From Planctomycetota bacterium (GTDB lineage Bacteria; Planctomycetota; UBA8108; SXIK01), in assembly GCA_965223845.1 (NCBI GenBank), contig CBDCXR010000004.1, positions 6,176,001-6,240,000 of the forward strand: a stretch of DNA of 64,000 nucleotides, given 5' to 3'. Shown one piece after another: positions 28,649 through 38,987 of the stretch. Numbering within the stretch: the first letter of the stretch is position 1; every line of letters begins with the position of its first letter. The notes beneath the pieces are model-generated. The model had not been told where the DNA came from and searched no databases. It worked only from the letters and a program-made list of their open reading frames with translations. Both the position numbers and the translations under genes were made by a program.

Positions 28649-29971
28649 CTATCGAGCCAGCGCCTCGTCGTCGCGCGCGGCAGCACCGTCGTTCTCCTGA
28701 CGATCGCGGAACCGCCACTCGCGGTCGACGATCAGACGCGCGCCGCGGCGGAACGTCAAGTACGACCAGGCCCAACTCAGCACGACGAAGAGTCGGTTCT
28801 TGAACCCCGTGAGAAAGTAGATGTGGACGACGAGCCAGGTGATCCACGCGAACCAACCAGAGAACTTCAGCTTCCCCAGCTCGACCACGGCGCGGCTCCG
28901 GCCGATCGTCGCCATTTGACCGCGGTCGACGAAACGGAAGGCTTCACGGGGCTCGCCCGCGACGTCGCGGCGGATGGTCTCGGCGACGTAGCGACCTTGC
29001 TGCATCGCGACGGGAGCCGTTCCGGGAAGCGGCGCGCCGGTCGCGTGGTCGAATCTCGCCTGGTCGCCGGCGACGAACACGTTTGGATGCACGTCGAAGC
29101 TGAGCTGCTCGTTCACGACGATCCGCCCGAGTCGATCGAACTCGAAGCCGGCCGGGTGGTCGAGCGGGACCGCGCGCACGCCCGCGGCCCAGAGCACGGT
29201 TCGGGCGCCGATGCGCTCCGCGCCCAGCTCGACTCCCTCGGCGTCGACCCTCGTCACGGGGCTGTTCGTCCACACCTGCACTCCGAGCTTCTCGAGATTT
29301 CGCGTCGCCTCGCTCGCTTGTTTTTCGCCGAACGACGGCAGTATCCGCGGGCCGGCTTCGATGAGCACGATCCGCGCGAGCTTCGCGTCGATGTTGCGAA
29401 AGTCCCGCGCGAGCGTGAATCGGCTCATCTCGCCGATCGCGCCCGCGAGCTCGACTCCCGTCGGCCCGCCGCCGATGATGACGAAGGTGAGCGAACGGCG
29501 ACGTTCGTCCGGATCGTTCGTTCGCTCCGCGCGTTCGAAGGCGCTGAGGAGCCGCCGACGGATTTCGGTCGCCTGGGGAACCGTCTTCAGGCTCGGCGCG
29601 TGTTCCTCCCACTCCGAGTGACCAAAGTAGGACGGGATCGCGCCGCAGCAGAGGACTAAGTAATCGAACTCGACGGTTCCGAAGTCGGCGGAAACCGTTC
29701 GAGCTTCGAGGTCGACGCCGTGTACCGTTCCTTGGAGCACGGCGATGTTCGGGTAGCGCGCGAGCAGACTCCGGATCGGCGCGGCGATGTCGGCCGGCGA
29801 CAGGCCCGCCATCGCGACTTGGTAGAGAAGCGGCTGAAAGAGGTGATAGTTTTCGCGGTCGACGAGAGTGACGCGCACTCCTCGAACGCCGCCGAGCCGC
29901 TTCGCAGCGTTGAGACCGGCGAAACCGCCGCCGACGATGACGACGTGCTTCTCTCGACCTTCCTTGTTCAT
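28649..29971 (-). CDS. ndh: Type II NADH dehydrogenase (FAD-dependent)
   Basis: VVIVGGGFAGL, HLFQPLLYQVA, IIGGGPTGVELAG, VFVAGD, MATIGR. Confidence 0.92.
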   Translation of the reverse strand: MNKEGREKHVVIVGGGFAGLNAAKRLGGVRGVRVTLVDRENYHLFQPLLYQVAMAGLSPADIAAPIRSLLARYPNIAVLQGTVHGVDLEARTVSADFGTVEFDYLVLCCGAIPSYFGHSEWEEHAPSLKTVPQATEIRRRLLSAFERAERTNDPDERRRSLTFVIIGGGPTGVELAGAIGEMSRFTLARDFRNIDAKLARIVLIEAGPRILPSFGEKQASEATRNLEKLGVQVWTNSPVTRVDAEGVELGAERIGARTVLWAAGVRAVPLDHPAGFEFDRLGRIVVNEQLSFDVHPNVFVAGDQARFDHATGAPLPGTAPVAMQQGRYVAETIRRDVAGEPREAFRFVDRGQMATIGRSRAVVELGKLKFSGWFAWITWLVVHIYFLTGFKNRLFVVLSWAWSYLTFRRGARLIVDREWRFRDRQENDGAAARDDEALAR

Positions 29972-30021
29972 GGGCGAACGAACTCGAAACCGGCGATCCC
30001 GTCCGGCAGAGCTCCCCTCGA

Positions 30022-31632
30022 TCAGTAATCTCCGCGCTTTTCTTTCGGGCGCCGCGGTCTCGGCGGCGGCGGCGTGATGCCGGCGCTTCGCATCACGCGG
30101 TGGATCGCCGCGACGGTCACCCGCGACGGCTTGTAGTTCCCGGGACGGAATCCTTCCGCGATCACGAGAGGCGTCCAGCCGTGCTTGTTCTTCTGGTTCC
30201 AGACGTCGATCTTCGCGCCGCGCTCGGCGAGAAAGGCGACGATCTTCGGCGCGTTCTTGTACGCAGCGCAGTGCATCGCGGTTTCGCCGTTCGCGTCCAC
30301 GGCGTTGACGTCGGCGCCGAGCTCGAGCAGGAGACGCAGCGCCGATAAGGCCTCGACTTCAGTGCCTCGCTCCTCGCCGGGCGCGCGCACTCCCATGCCC
30401 GCCGCTGCAAGAAGCGGCGTGCAGTTTTCCGCATTCGGGATCTTCGGATCGGCACCGAGCTCGAGGAGGACCTTCATGAGCGGGACGTCGGCCGATTTCG
30501 CCGCGAGCAGAAACGGCGTAGCGCCTTTGAGATTGAGAACGCAGGCGCCGGATCTGCCCCGCTCGAGGCGGCGGTTAACGTCGGCACCGTGCTCGACGAG
30601 AGCACGTACGAATTCGAGGCTCGTCACCTTCCCCGAGCCTTCGGGCGGCGGATTCCCGCCCTCCCCGTCTCCGCGTTCGGCTTTGCGCGTCCGCGGGATC
30701 GTGTGGAGGGCGGTGAGTCCCGAACGCTCGTCGTTCGGATCGGCTCCGGCGCGCAGAAGCTCGAGGGCAAGCTCGAAGTGAGCGTTTTCGACGGCGAGAA
30801 GAAGCGCGCTCGTCTCTCGCGCACCGGCCTTTTTCCACGCGCCGGAGCCCGACGGGCGGCCCGGTGCGAGCGCTTCGTTGACGTCGACGCCCGCGTCGAG
30901 GAGGGCTCGAACGACGCTCGTCCTCCCTTCGCGCACCGCGAAGAGAAACGCCGTAAATCCGGAACGCAGGCGCACTCCGGCCTTGGCACCGTTCTCGATG
31001 AGAAGACGGACGACTTTCGCGTGGCCTTCGGCGGCGGCCCACATGAGCGCCGTCTGACCGCGCCGCTCCGTTTCGTTGACCTTCGCGCCGGCGTCGAGGA
31101 GGGCCTTCACCGGTTCGATCTTTCCGGTGCGAGCGGCAGCGAGGAGCGGAGTCTCGCCACTCCGCCGCCGAGCGTTCGCGTCCGCTCCGCGCGCGAGGAG
31201 CGCAGCCACGATCTCGCCGTTCCCGTTCTCGCAGGCGAGCGCGAGCGGCCGAACGTCGTAGCGATTCTTCGCGTCCGGTTTCGCGCCGGCTTCAAGAAGC
31301 TGCTTCGTCGTCTCGAGGTCGCCGCGATACACCGCCCAGTGAAGCGCTGTCATCCCGTCGATCTGCGCTGCGTTCACGTCCGCACCTTCCTCGAGAAGCG
31401 CGCGAACTGTTTCCGAATCGGCGCGTTCCGCGGCGTCGGCGAGTGGACTCGGCGATTCGGCCACCGTGCGCGAAGCGACGACGAGAACGAGAAAGACGGC
31501 GACCGATCGGCGTCCGTTCTTCGCTTTCTCCGCGGCGCGAGTTGAGTAGACCCCAGCGTTTCGAAAACTCGACGGCGAAGAACGCTTTCGCTCGCCGTTC
31601 TTTGAAACGTCGGGGCGGAGCGCGATCTCCAC
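30022..31632 (-). CDS. Ankyrin-repeat protein, probably exported
   Basis: Many GxT(A/P)LxxA...LLxxGADxN repeats; hydrophobic leader; start uncertain. Confidence 0.9.
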   Translation of the reverse strand: MEIALRPDVSKNGERKRSSPSSFRNAGVYSTRAAEKAKNGRRSVAVFLVLVVASRTVAESPSPLADAAERADSETVRALLEEGADVNAAQIDGMTALHWAVYRGDLETTKQLLEAGAKPDAKNRYDVRPLALACENGNGEIVAALLARGADANARRRSGETPLLAAARTGKIEPVKALLDAGAKVNETERRGQTALMWAAAEGHAKVVRLLIENGAKAGVRLRSGFTAFLFAVREGRTSVVRALLDAGVDVNEALAPGRPSGSGAWKKAGARETSALLLAVENAHFELALELLRAGADPNDERSGLTALHTIPRTRKAERGDGEGGNPPPEGSGKVTSLEFVRALVEHGADVNRRLERGRSGACVLNLKGATPFLLAAKSADVPLMKVLLELGADPKIPNAENCTPLLAAAGMGVRAPGEERGTEVEALSALRLLLELGADVNAVDANGETAMHCAAYKNAPKIVAFLAERGAKIDVWNQKNKHGWTPLVIAEGFRPGNYKPSRVTVAAIHRVMRSAGITPPPPRPRRPKEKRGDY

Positions 31633-31635
31633 GAG

Positions 31636-33006
31636 TTACACCGAAAGCGGCCCGAAGAGACCGTCGACCTTGCCGCTGCTGTCCGCGAAGGTCTCGAGCT
31701 CGACGCCGACCTTCGCGAGAAGCGTGAGGTGGAGATTCGCGAGCGGCGTGGGTTCGTCGTACCGAATGTGCCGACCGCCGCGCATCGCGCCGGCGGCGCC
31801 ACCTGCGACGATGATGGGAAGGTTCGTGTGATCGTGCTTGTTCGGGTCGCCCATCCCGCTCCCGTAAAGGTAGAGCGTGTGGTCGAGAAGCGAACCTTCT
31901 CCCTCGCGGACCGCATTGAGCCGCTCGAGGAAGTACGCGAAGAGCGAGACGTGGAAGTGATTGATCTTCGCCATTTTGGCGATCTTCTCCGGGTTGCCGC
32001 CGTGGTGCGTGAGTGGGTGGTGCGGATCCGGGACACCGATCTCCGGGTACGTGCGGTTGCTCGTCTCCCGCGCCATTTGGAAGGTGACGACGCGGGTCAC
32101 ATCCGCCTGGAGAGCGAGCACTTGGAGATCGAACATGAGCCGCGCGTGATCCGAGTACTGAGCCGGTACTCCCAGCGGACGTTCGGCGTCGACCGGCGCG
32201 CTCTCGGCTTCCGCTTCGGCCTTTTCGACTCGTCGCTCCACCTCGCGGACGGCTTCGAGGTACTCGCTCACCTTCGATCGGTCAGCGGGCCCGAGAGTTC
32301 GCTCGAGCCGGGCGATCTCTTCCGTGACCCCATCGAGGAGGCTCGCCTTCCGTTTGAGCGCGGCGCGTCTCTCCTCCGGCGTGCCACCTTCGCCAAACAA
32401 CTTTTCGAATACGATGCGCGGATGCGCTTCGGCCGGGAGCGGCGTCGTCGGAGACGACCACGAGAGATTGTTCTGATAGACGCACGCGTAGCCGTTGTCG
32501 CATTGGCCGACCGTCTCGAGGAGATCCATCGCGAGCTCGAGGGACGGGAGACGCGTCTCTTGTCCGATTCTCTTCGCCGCGATTTGATCGACGGTCGTCG
32601 CGAGCCGGTAGTCGCTGCTCTCCGTCCACTTTGCCTTCGCCGCGCTGAGGAAGGCTGAGTTCGACGTTGCGTGCGTGCCCGGGTACGCGTTCATCAGCTC
32701 CATGTTGGTGATGATCGCGATCTTCTCTTTGACCGATTCGAGCGGACTGAGGCTCGGCGACAACTCGCCGAGGCTTTCCGTACCCGCCGGTGTCCAGCGG
32801 TCGATGTCGCAGCCCATCGGCATATAGACGAATCCGAGCCGGCGCAGTTGCCTCGGGTCTGCGGGCGTCTCGGACGCGACCGTCATCGCCGGAACCATCG
32901 CGTCGAGGAGCGGAAGCGCCACCGTCGCGCCGAGCCCGCGAAGAAAAGTGCGACGCGGGAGTGCCTTCTTCGAAACGAAGGGCGAGCGTCTCTCGGAGTC
33001 GGTCAC
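31636..33006 (-). CDS. DUF1552 domain protein with Tat leader
   Basis: LPRRTFLRGLGATVALPLLDAM, TTVDQIAA, HHPLTHH, SLLDHTLYLYGSGMGD. Confidence 0.9.
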   Translation of the reverse strand: MTDSERRSPFVSKKALPRRTFLRGLGATVALPLLDAMVPAMTVASETPADPRQLRRLGFVYMPMGCDIDRWTPAGTESLGELSPSLSPLESVKEKIAIITNMELMNAYPGTHATSNSAFLSAAKAKWTESSDYRLATTVDQIAAKRIGQETRLPSLELAMDLLETVGQCDNGYACVYQNNLSWSSPTTPLPAEAHPRIVFEKLFGEGGTPEERRAALKRKASLLDGVTEEIARLERTLGPADRSKVSEYLEAVREVERRVEKAEAEAESAPVDAERPLGVPAQYSDHARLMFDLQVLALQADVTRVVTFQMARETSNRTYPEIGVPDPHHPLTHHGGNPEKIAKMAKINHFHVSLFAYFLERLNAVREGEGSLLDHTLYLYGSGMGDPNKHDHTNLPIIVAGGAAGAMRGGRHIRYDEPTPLANLHLTLLAKVGVELETFADSSGKVDGLFGPLSV

Positions 33007-35651
33007 CGTGCCAACCTCATCTGAAACGGCGTGCTCTTTGCGATCCCCAAAACGAGTGACGAGAATCGATAGTTTCCCTTCCGCGCGGCGCGCACGATCT
33101 CACGAACGGCCGGAGCATCATAGTACTCGACGCCGCGGCCGAGCGCGAAGGTGAGGAGCTTCTCGACGAGCGTGCGAACGAAGATTTCCGGTCGGTCGAG
33201 GAGGCTCTCTTCGAGGCCCGCGACGCCTTGGAACTCGCCCCCGCCCGGGGCTCGACCGGTCGCGTCGATCGGAGCCTCGGCGTCGAGGTCTCGCCAGCGG
33301 CCGACCGCGTCGAAGTTCTCGAGGGCGAAACCGATGGGATCCATCATCTCGTGACAGCTCGCGCATGCGGGATTCGCGCGGTGTTCGAGGAGACGTTCGC
33401 GAAGAGGAAGATCCGCGGACACGGTCTGCTCCTCGAGCGCGGGAACATCAGGAGGCGGCGGTGGCGGTGGCGATCCGAGAAGGTTTTCGAGGATCCAGTG
33501 ACCTCGGATCACGGGCGACGTTCGCGTCGCGTACGACGTCACGGTGAGAATACTGCCGTGGCGGAGGAGGCCGCCGCGCGGGTTATCCTCAGCGAGCGCG
33601 ACGCGGCGAAACCGGCTTCCGTGGACGTGCGGTATCCCGTAGTGCTTCGCGAGGCGCCCGTTGAGGTAGGTATGACGGGAGCGGAGGAGCTCGAGCACAC
33701 TTTGATCGCCGAGAAAAACGTCGCGAACGAAGAGCTCGGTCTCGCGCCGGAGCGCCGTGCGAAGGTTGTCGTCGAAGCTCGGAAAGAGTCGTTGGTCCGG
33801 CTTCGTCGAATCGAGATTCCGGAGGTGAAGCCACTGACTCGCGAAGTTGTCGACGAGCGAGCGCGAGCGCGGATCGGCGAGCATGCGCCTCACTTCGCGC
33901 TCGAAAACCTCCGCGTCGCGCAGTCGTCCGCTCTCTGCGAGTTCGAGGAGCGCATCGTCCGGGATACTGCTCCAAAGGAAGAACGACAGCCGCGACGCGA
34001 GGTCGATGTCGCTTACGGGGTAGGTCTCACCCGGCGCGGTTCCCGGCGGCGCTTGTTCGATTCGGAAGAGGAACCGCGGACTCACTAGGATCGAGCTGAG
34101 GGCGAGCTGAATTCCTGCGTCGAACCCTCCGTCGAGGCTTCCTTCGCGATAGAACTGAAGCGGTTGCGCGAGGAGCTCGTCGTTCACCGGTCGCCGGTAC
34201 GCCCGGCGCGCGAGAGTGGACAAAATGCGGCGCGCGCAATCGTCCGCCTCGGAGGGCGTCTCGGGTCGGCACGCGAACACGCGGCGCCGACTCGGAGTGT
34301 CTCCCGATCCTTTGGCGCCGAACGGCCCGGTGATCGAAACCTGGAAAATCGCCGGCGTCCGCCGCGCGTGGCGGTGGCGGTTGAAGCGCGCTTGGTAGGG
34401 TTGACGGCGAGACTCGACGAGAGCCGACGACGACTCGACGAACGTCACGCCGATCCGGCGCGGACCGGCGCGGACGGGAATGCGCACTTTCAGATGGGCG
34501 TCCACCTTCGAATGATCGTCGTCCTGCGGCGGCTCGACGCGGAACGTCGCCGCGCGTTCGCGGTCGACGAGGAGCTCGAGCTCGTGCGGTTCGCGGAGGC
34601 CCTCGACGTGTTCGTCTCGGTCCCGCGTGAGCCAGATCTGAATCTCGTAGTCCCCGTCGAGAGGGAACGTGTACGGAAAGAGAGTGCCGCCGCGAGTGCC
34701 GAGGGGCAGACCTTCGACGTGCCCTTCCTGAGTTCGATCCGCAGGGACGCGAATCGTGTCGCCGCGCGGAGCATTCAGCTTCCCGCCAACGGCGAGACGG
34801 CTGATCGTTTCCGCCGCCCCGACGTAGCGTTCGAGTCGCGTGGGCGAAAGGTCGGCGACGGTGACATTGTCAAAGCCGTGACTCGACGAGTCCGGCGGGA
34901 GGAGAGCCGAAGCGTCGACGTCGAGCGCGAGGAGGTCGCGAACCGCGTTTTGGTATTCGGTCCGATTGAGTCTTCGAAACGAATCCGTGCGACCGGGATT
35001 CGGATGCTCGGCGGCGGCGGCGTCGAGCTCTCGCGCAAGCGCCGTAACGACCGCGCCGACGCTCTTTGGATCTGGGCGAGGCTCTCCCGCGGGCGGCATC
35101 TGACGGGCGGCGAGCTTTCGAATCACGTTTTCCCAAACGCGCGGATGCTTCCGAGCGGGAAGCGTCGCGATGCTCTCGAGGTCGAGGCCGGCCTCTTTCG
35201 TCTCCGCATCGTGGCAATGCGCGCAGGACTTGGTGATCCAGCTCCCGCGCTGCGTCGCGTCGCTCTCAATGCTCTCCGAGTCGTCGCTGGTCGTTCGCGC
35301 GCTCAGTAAGCCGTCGATCGCCGAGACGATCTCGTCGTATGTTTTCTCGTCCGGGCGAGGTTCATCCTCAGGCGGCATCTCGCGCGAGCGGAGCTGGCGG
35401 GCGATCTTTCGCCACTCCTTCGTGCCGAGGTCGAGGTTTCGAGCGGCGACACCGGTGAGGTCGAGCTTTCCCTTTCGCTTCTCGGGATTGTGGCAGCCGA
35501 CGCAGTACTTTCCGAGGAACGCGTGAACCTCAGCGTTCTGCTTTGTCGCAGCGTCGTTCGAACTAGCGGCCCGTTCCTCGGCCGCGATGGCAGTCGCGGC
35601 GAGAACAAGGATGGCCAAGAGCCCTGGAGTCGATCGGTCGAGGAAGCGCAT
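33003..35651 (-). CDS. DUF1592/DUF1588/DUF1585-family cytochrome c protein with two N-terminal cytochrome modules
   Basis: CVGCH and CAHCH modules, RRLNRTEYQN, LASRLSFFLWSSIPD, RTSPVIRG, CASCH, GFALENFDAVG. Confidence 0.9.
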   Translation of the reverse strand: MRFLDRSTPGLLAILVLAATAIAAEERAASSNDAATKQNAEVHAFLGKYCVGCHNPEKRKGKLDLTGVAARNLDLGTKEWRKIARQLRSREMPPEDEPRPDEKTYDEIVSAIDGLLSARTTSDDSESIESDATQRGSWITKSCAHCHDAETKEAGLDLESIATLPARKHPRVWENVIRKLAARQMPPAGEPRPDPKSVGAVVTALARELDAAAAEHPNPGRTDSFRRLNRTEYQNAVRDLLALDVDASALLPPDSSSHGFDNVTVADLSPTRLERYVGAAETISRLAVGGKLNAPRGDTIRVPADRTQEGHVEGLPLGTRGGTLFPYTFPLDGDYEIQIWLTRDRDEHVEGLREPHELELLVDRERAATFRVEPPQDDDHSKVDAHLKVRIPVRAGPRRIGVTFVESSSALVESRRQPYQARFNRHRHARRTPAIFQVSITGPFGAKGSGDTPSRRRVFACRPETPSEADDCARRILSTLARRAYRRPVNDELLAQPLQFYREGSLDGGFDAGIQLALSSILVSPRFLFRIEQAPPGTAPGETYPVSDIDLASRLSFFLWSSIPDDALLELAESGRLRDAEVFEREVRRMLADPRSRSLVDNFASQWLHLRNLDSTKPDQRLFPSFDDNLRTALRRETELFVRDVFLGDQSVLELLRSRHTYLNGRLAKHYGIPHVHGSRFRRVALAEDNPRGGLLRHGSILTVTSYATRTSPVIRGHWILENLLGSPPPPPPPDVPALEEQTVSADLPLRERLLEHRANPACASCHEMMDPIGFALENFDAVGRWRDLDAEAPIDATGRAPGGGEFQGVAGLEESLLDRPEIFVRTLVEKLLTFALGRGVEYYDAPAVREIVRAARKGNYRFSSLVLGIAKSTPFQMRLAR

Positions 35652-36095
35652 CCCGGACGTCGCGTAGATTGGGTCTCGGTGCGAAGGCGCACGTCCGTCC
35701 AGGATACCCGCTCGCGGCGACGCGACAAAGAATGCGAACGGCGACACAGGCTGTGTACGAACGCCGGTGTTGTTTGCTCGTTCTTCTAGTTCTTCGGTTT
35801 CCGCGAGTCGTGAGAGGCAGCACCCGGTGAAGTCGCAGATCCGTGGGCGACCCGTAACGGGGTTAGTTGGGAGGGGAACGGGGTTCGTATGAGAACAGGT
35901 ACTATTAATTAACTATATTCGGAGGCTGTTCCCGGGAGAGCCGTCCTCGATTCGGCGTCGGAGGCCGAAGGATCGACCGGGATTGGCGGAAGATCCAATC
36001 AATTCAATCGCATTGTGGTCGATTCCGACAGACCAGTTCCCCTGGGCGCTGCGTAGTTGGCGCGTTCGGAGATCTCCGGCTGGTCTCGGTGCCCG

Positions 36096-37010
36096 CTACG
36101 GCGGAGCCGGAACCGCTCCGGAGTAGAGAGGATCACACGGTTGGCGGTGAAACACGCGCATCCAGTACGTTCCCGCCGGGAAGACCACGTCCTTCACGCC
36201 GTCGCGGTACTGGCGGAGCGCCACGCGGTAGCAGTTTCGAAACGCGACGAGAGCTCGGAGCTCCTCGATTCTGGGTTCGGGTCGTTTCGCTTGGATCGTC
36301 GGCGAGAGCTTCCATCTCTTCTCGTAGCCTTGCGGTGAATCCGTGGGGCTTTGGTTGCGGGCCCGCTTCGCTCCGAGAAAACCGCTTTTCGATTTCTCGA
36401 TTCTCTTTCGGCAGACCGCTTCGCGCTCAGCGACGGCGCGTTCGATCTCCGCTTTGAACTCGTCGAGGTCGCACTCCGAATAGCAGGGCGGCGGCTCTAT
36501 CTCGAGCGCGACGACGTCCGGCATCAGATCCGAGAAGAACCAGCCGGGTTTTTCTGCGTAGACCGTAGTACCGAACTGACTCGGATCGCTGCGCACCCCC
36601 GGCCATTCCTTCGCCGTGGGAACGAGGCCGGAGGAGACGGGGTTACAAAACGTGTATACGAGCTGACGCAGCACGTCTTCCGACTCGATCGCCCGCACGC
36701 AACTCGGTCCCGAGCAGTCGAACACACTGCCGAGCCTCCCGCGAAGCGCGTTCAGACAGCGAGCGAGCAGAAGATGGAAGCGCTGGAGGAACTCGGAGTT
36801 CCGGCAGTCGGGATCCGTGGCGATGAGATGGTAGTGGTTGGACAGCGTCGCGAACGCGTGAATCTTGAGGCCCGTCTTCTCGGCCGCGTACGCGAGACAG
36901 TAGAGCACGGCGCAATTGACCCTCTCATCGGGACGCAGGAGGAACTGCCGCTGGGTGCAGCGCCGCGTGATGAGATAGGTCGCGCCCGGGAGGATCTGTC
37001 TTGGGTGCAA
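36096..37010 (-). mobile_element. REP-associated tyrosine transposase (RAYT; IS200/IS605 Y1 HUH superfamily)
   Basis: YLITRRCTQRQFLLRP, HUH motif SNHYHL, catalytic YTFCNPV, WPG, C-terminal FPAGTY. Confidence 0.85.
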
Positions 37011-37236
37011 ACGTCATTCTCTCCGAGTCGTCGAGGCGCCCGTCGGTTCGGAGAGCGTCGCGTGGGTCAGGCATCAGTAGCTTGGAGGGAGGCGGGCATG
37101 ATCTCAAGATTGAGCCTCTCTCGTCCGTCCTGGCGGTTGGTCGATGGCGCGGTCCGGGTCGGCTTCGCTGGCAATCACGCGCTGACCCGAACCGTCGCGC
37201 AGGATACGCCGAGTTCCTGTCGAGAAGCTCGTCGCC

Positions 37237-38934
37237 TCATTTCCGTTCCGCGACGAGCTTCCTCGCCTCACCGAGCACCTGATCGAGACTCCCGTGTCCG
37301 GCCACCCGGCCTCGTTGGTCGACGACCACGGAATACGGGATGCCGTGCACGTGGTACCAGCTAGAGAGGAAGCCGTAGCCTCGCCCTCCGCCGGGCTTCT
37401 TCGTATCGATGCAAATCGGATAGCTGAGCTTCTTCTCGTCGACCAGCTTCCTTACGCCTTCGAGCGATTTCGTCGGGGTGTGAACTCCGATCACGACCAC
37501 CCCGGATTTGTCTCGCCCTTTGTGCCAGCTCTTGAGGATCTCGAAGTCGTTCCGGCAGGGCGCGCACCAGTCGGCCCAGAACTCGAGAACGACCACTTTC
37601 CCTCGGAGATCGTTCCACGTGAGTGGCTTGCTGTTCAGCCAGACCGTTTTGGGGAAGTGCACGGCGGGCTTGCCGATCCGACGGTCCTGTTTCGCTTTTC
37701 GGTTTGCTTGCTCAGAGGCTTTCTTTGCGTGCGTGTCGAGGATCGCCTGCCACTCTTCGGGAGAGAACTCTTTCTTGTACGCGTAGAAAAGCGGCGGGTC
37801 ATACCGCCGGTCAGCGACTCGAACTCCTTCGCGCATTTCGACCTCGAAGAGCTCATCCGGAAGCGTCGTATTCACTCGGTGTTCGACGACCTCCAGATCC
37901 CGCCGGCCACGGATCTCGTCCTTCGTGCCCCGGCGGAAGAACCAGTAGCCGTACTTCAGCGGAAGTCGGAAGCCCGGTAGCAGCTCGCGGTAGTCGTCGA
38001 AGTATGTCTCGCTTGAAGGGTTCGCGGCCTCGAGTAGCTGAGCGACGAGACGTCGTTCCGCCTCCCTCTGTTTCTCCTCGGAAACGCCCTCTTTCCACGC
38101 TTTCCACGCCGCGACGTCCGCGATGGCCGCACCGGCGATGCGAGTCATCGCCTTCCTTCTCTCGTCATCCGGCACTCGCCGAAAGGAAGTCTGGCCGTAG
38201 AGGAACCCATCGTCGACCCCGACGTAGATACGCCGAGACGGCCAGCCGCGATCGGCGATGGTCCCGAGCACGTGACACTCGCGCCCGCGAACGTTCTCGT
38301 GGCCGAGAAGTACATATTCCTCCGGCGCGCCCCAGAAACGACTGCGATGCTTCCCGTCGCGGTCGTACCACATCGTCACCGATCCGATTTGGAACTCGCT
38401 CGAATTCCACCAAAACGAATGCGCTCCGATGGCGAGCCAGTAGAGACCGTCGATATGCGTGAAGTTCCCCTCCGGGCGGTCGTCGAGTGCGTAGCCTTCC
38501 TGCTTGTGCGTGAAATACCGTTCGTAGACTGTGGCCTGACGTCCGTCCCAAATCTGGAAATGAGTCGAGGCGTCGCGACGCTCGGAGGAGACTCGCATAC
38601 GAGCTCGATCGAACGCGAGCTCGATCGACTCCGTCTGCCGCGGACGTAGCGCGGGGAAGCGCTCCGGCGTCACGGTCTCGGGCGCGAACTTCTTCTCGAG
38701 GTCGGCCCGCTCGTCGGCGATCGTCTCCTTCGAGCGCGTCCACGTTCCGCGCATTCGGAGATGAAGACTCTCGAGATCGTGGATCTCGTTCTCGCGCGCG
38801 ACCAGCGCGCGAACGATGTCGGCGGCGTCAGCAGAGCTCGTCTCGGCACTCCCGTCCGCACGCGTGAAGTTCGTGCGAATCGCGATGGCGCCGAGAATCA
38901 GCAGCCAAACCGTACTACGGTGATGTCGTCTCAT
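37237..38934 (-). CDS. Exported protein with C-terminal TlpA/redoxin domain
   Basis: Signal peptide; WLNSKPL...LRGKVVVLEFWADWCAPC...IGVH...GIP. Confidence 0.85.
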   Translation of the reverse strand: MRRHHRSTVWLLILGAIAIRTNFTRADGSAETSSADAADIVRALVARENEIHDLESLHLRMRGTWTRSKETIADERADLEKKFAPETVTPERFPALRPRQTESIELAFDRARMRVSSERRDASTHFQIWDGRQATVYERYFTHKQEGYALDDRPEGNFTHIDGLYWLAIGAHSFWWNSSEFQIGSVTMWYDRDGKHRSRFWGAPEEYVLLGHENVRGRECHVLGTIADRGWPSRRIYVGVDDGFLYGQTSFRRVPDDERRKAMTRIAGAAIADVAAWKAWKEGVSEEKQREAERRLVAQLLEAANPSSETYFDDYRELLPGFRLPLKYGYWFFRRGTKDEIRGRRDLEVVEHRVNTTLPDELFEVEMREGVRVADRRYDPPLFYAYKKEFSPEEWQAILDTHAKKASEQANRKAKQDRRIGKPAVHFPKTVWLNSKPLTWNDLRGKVVVLEFWADWCAPCRNDFEILKSWHKGRDKSGVVVIGVHTPTKSLEGVRKLVDEKKLSYPICIDTKKPGGGRGYGFLSSWYHVHGIPYSVVVDQRGRVAGHGSLDQVLGEARKLVAERK

Positions 38935-38987
38935 TCGGCATGATCTCCGGCATTCTTCGGACCTGTTGTCTCTCGTTCGAACTTGCA

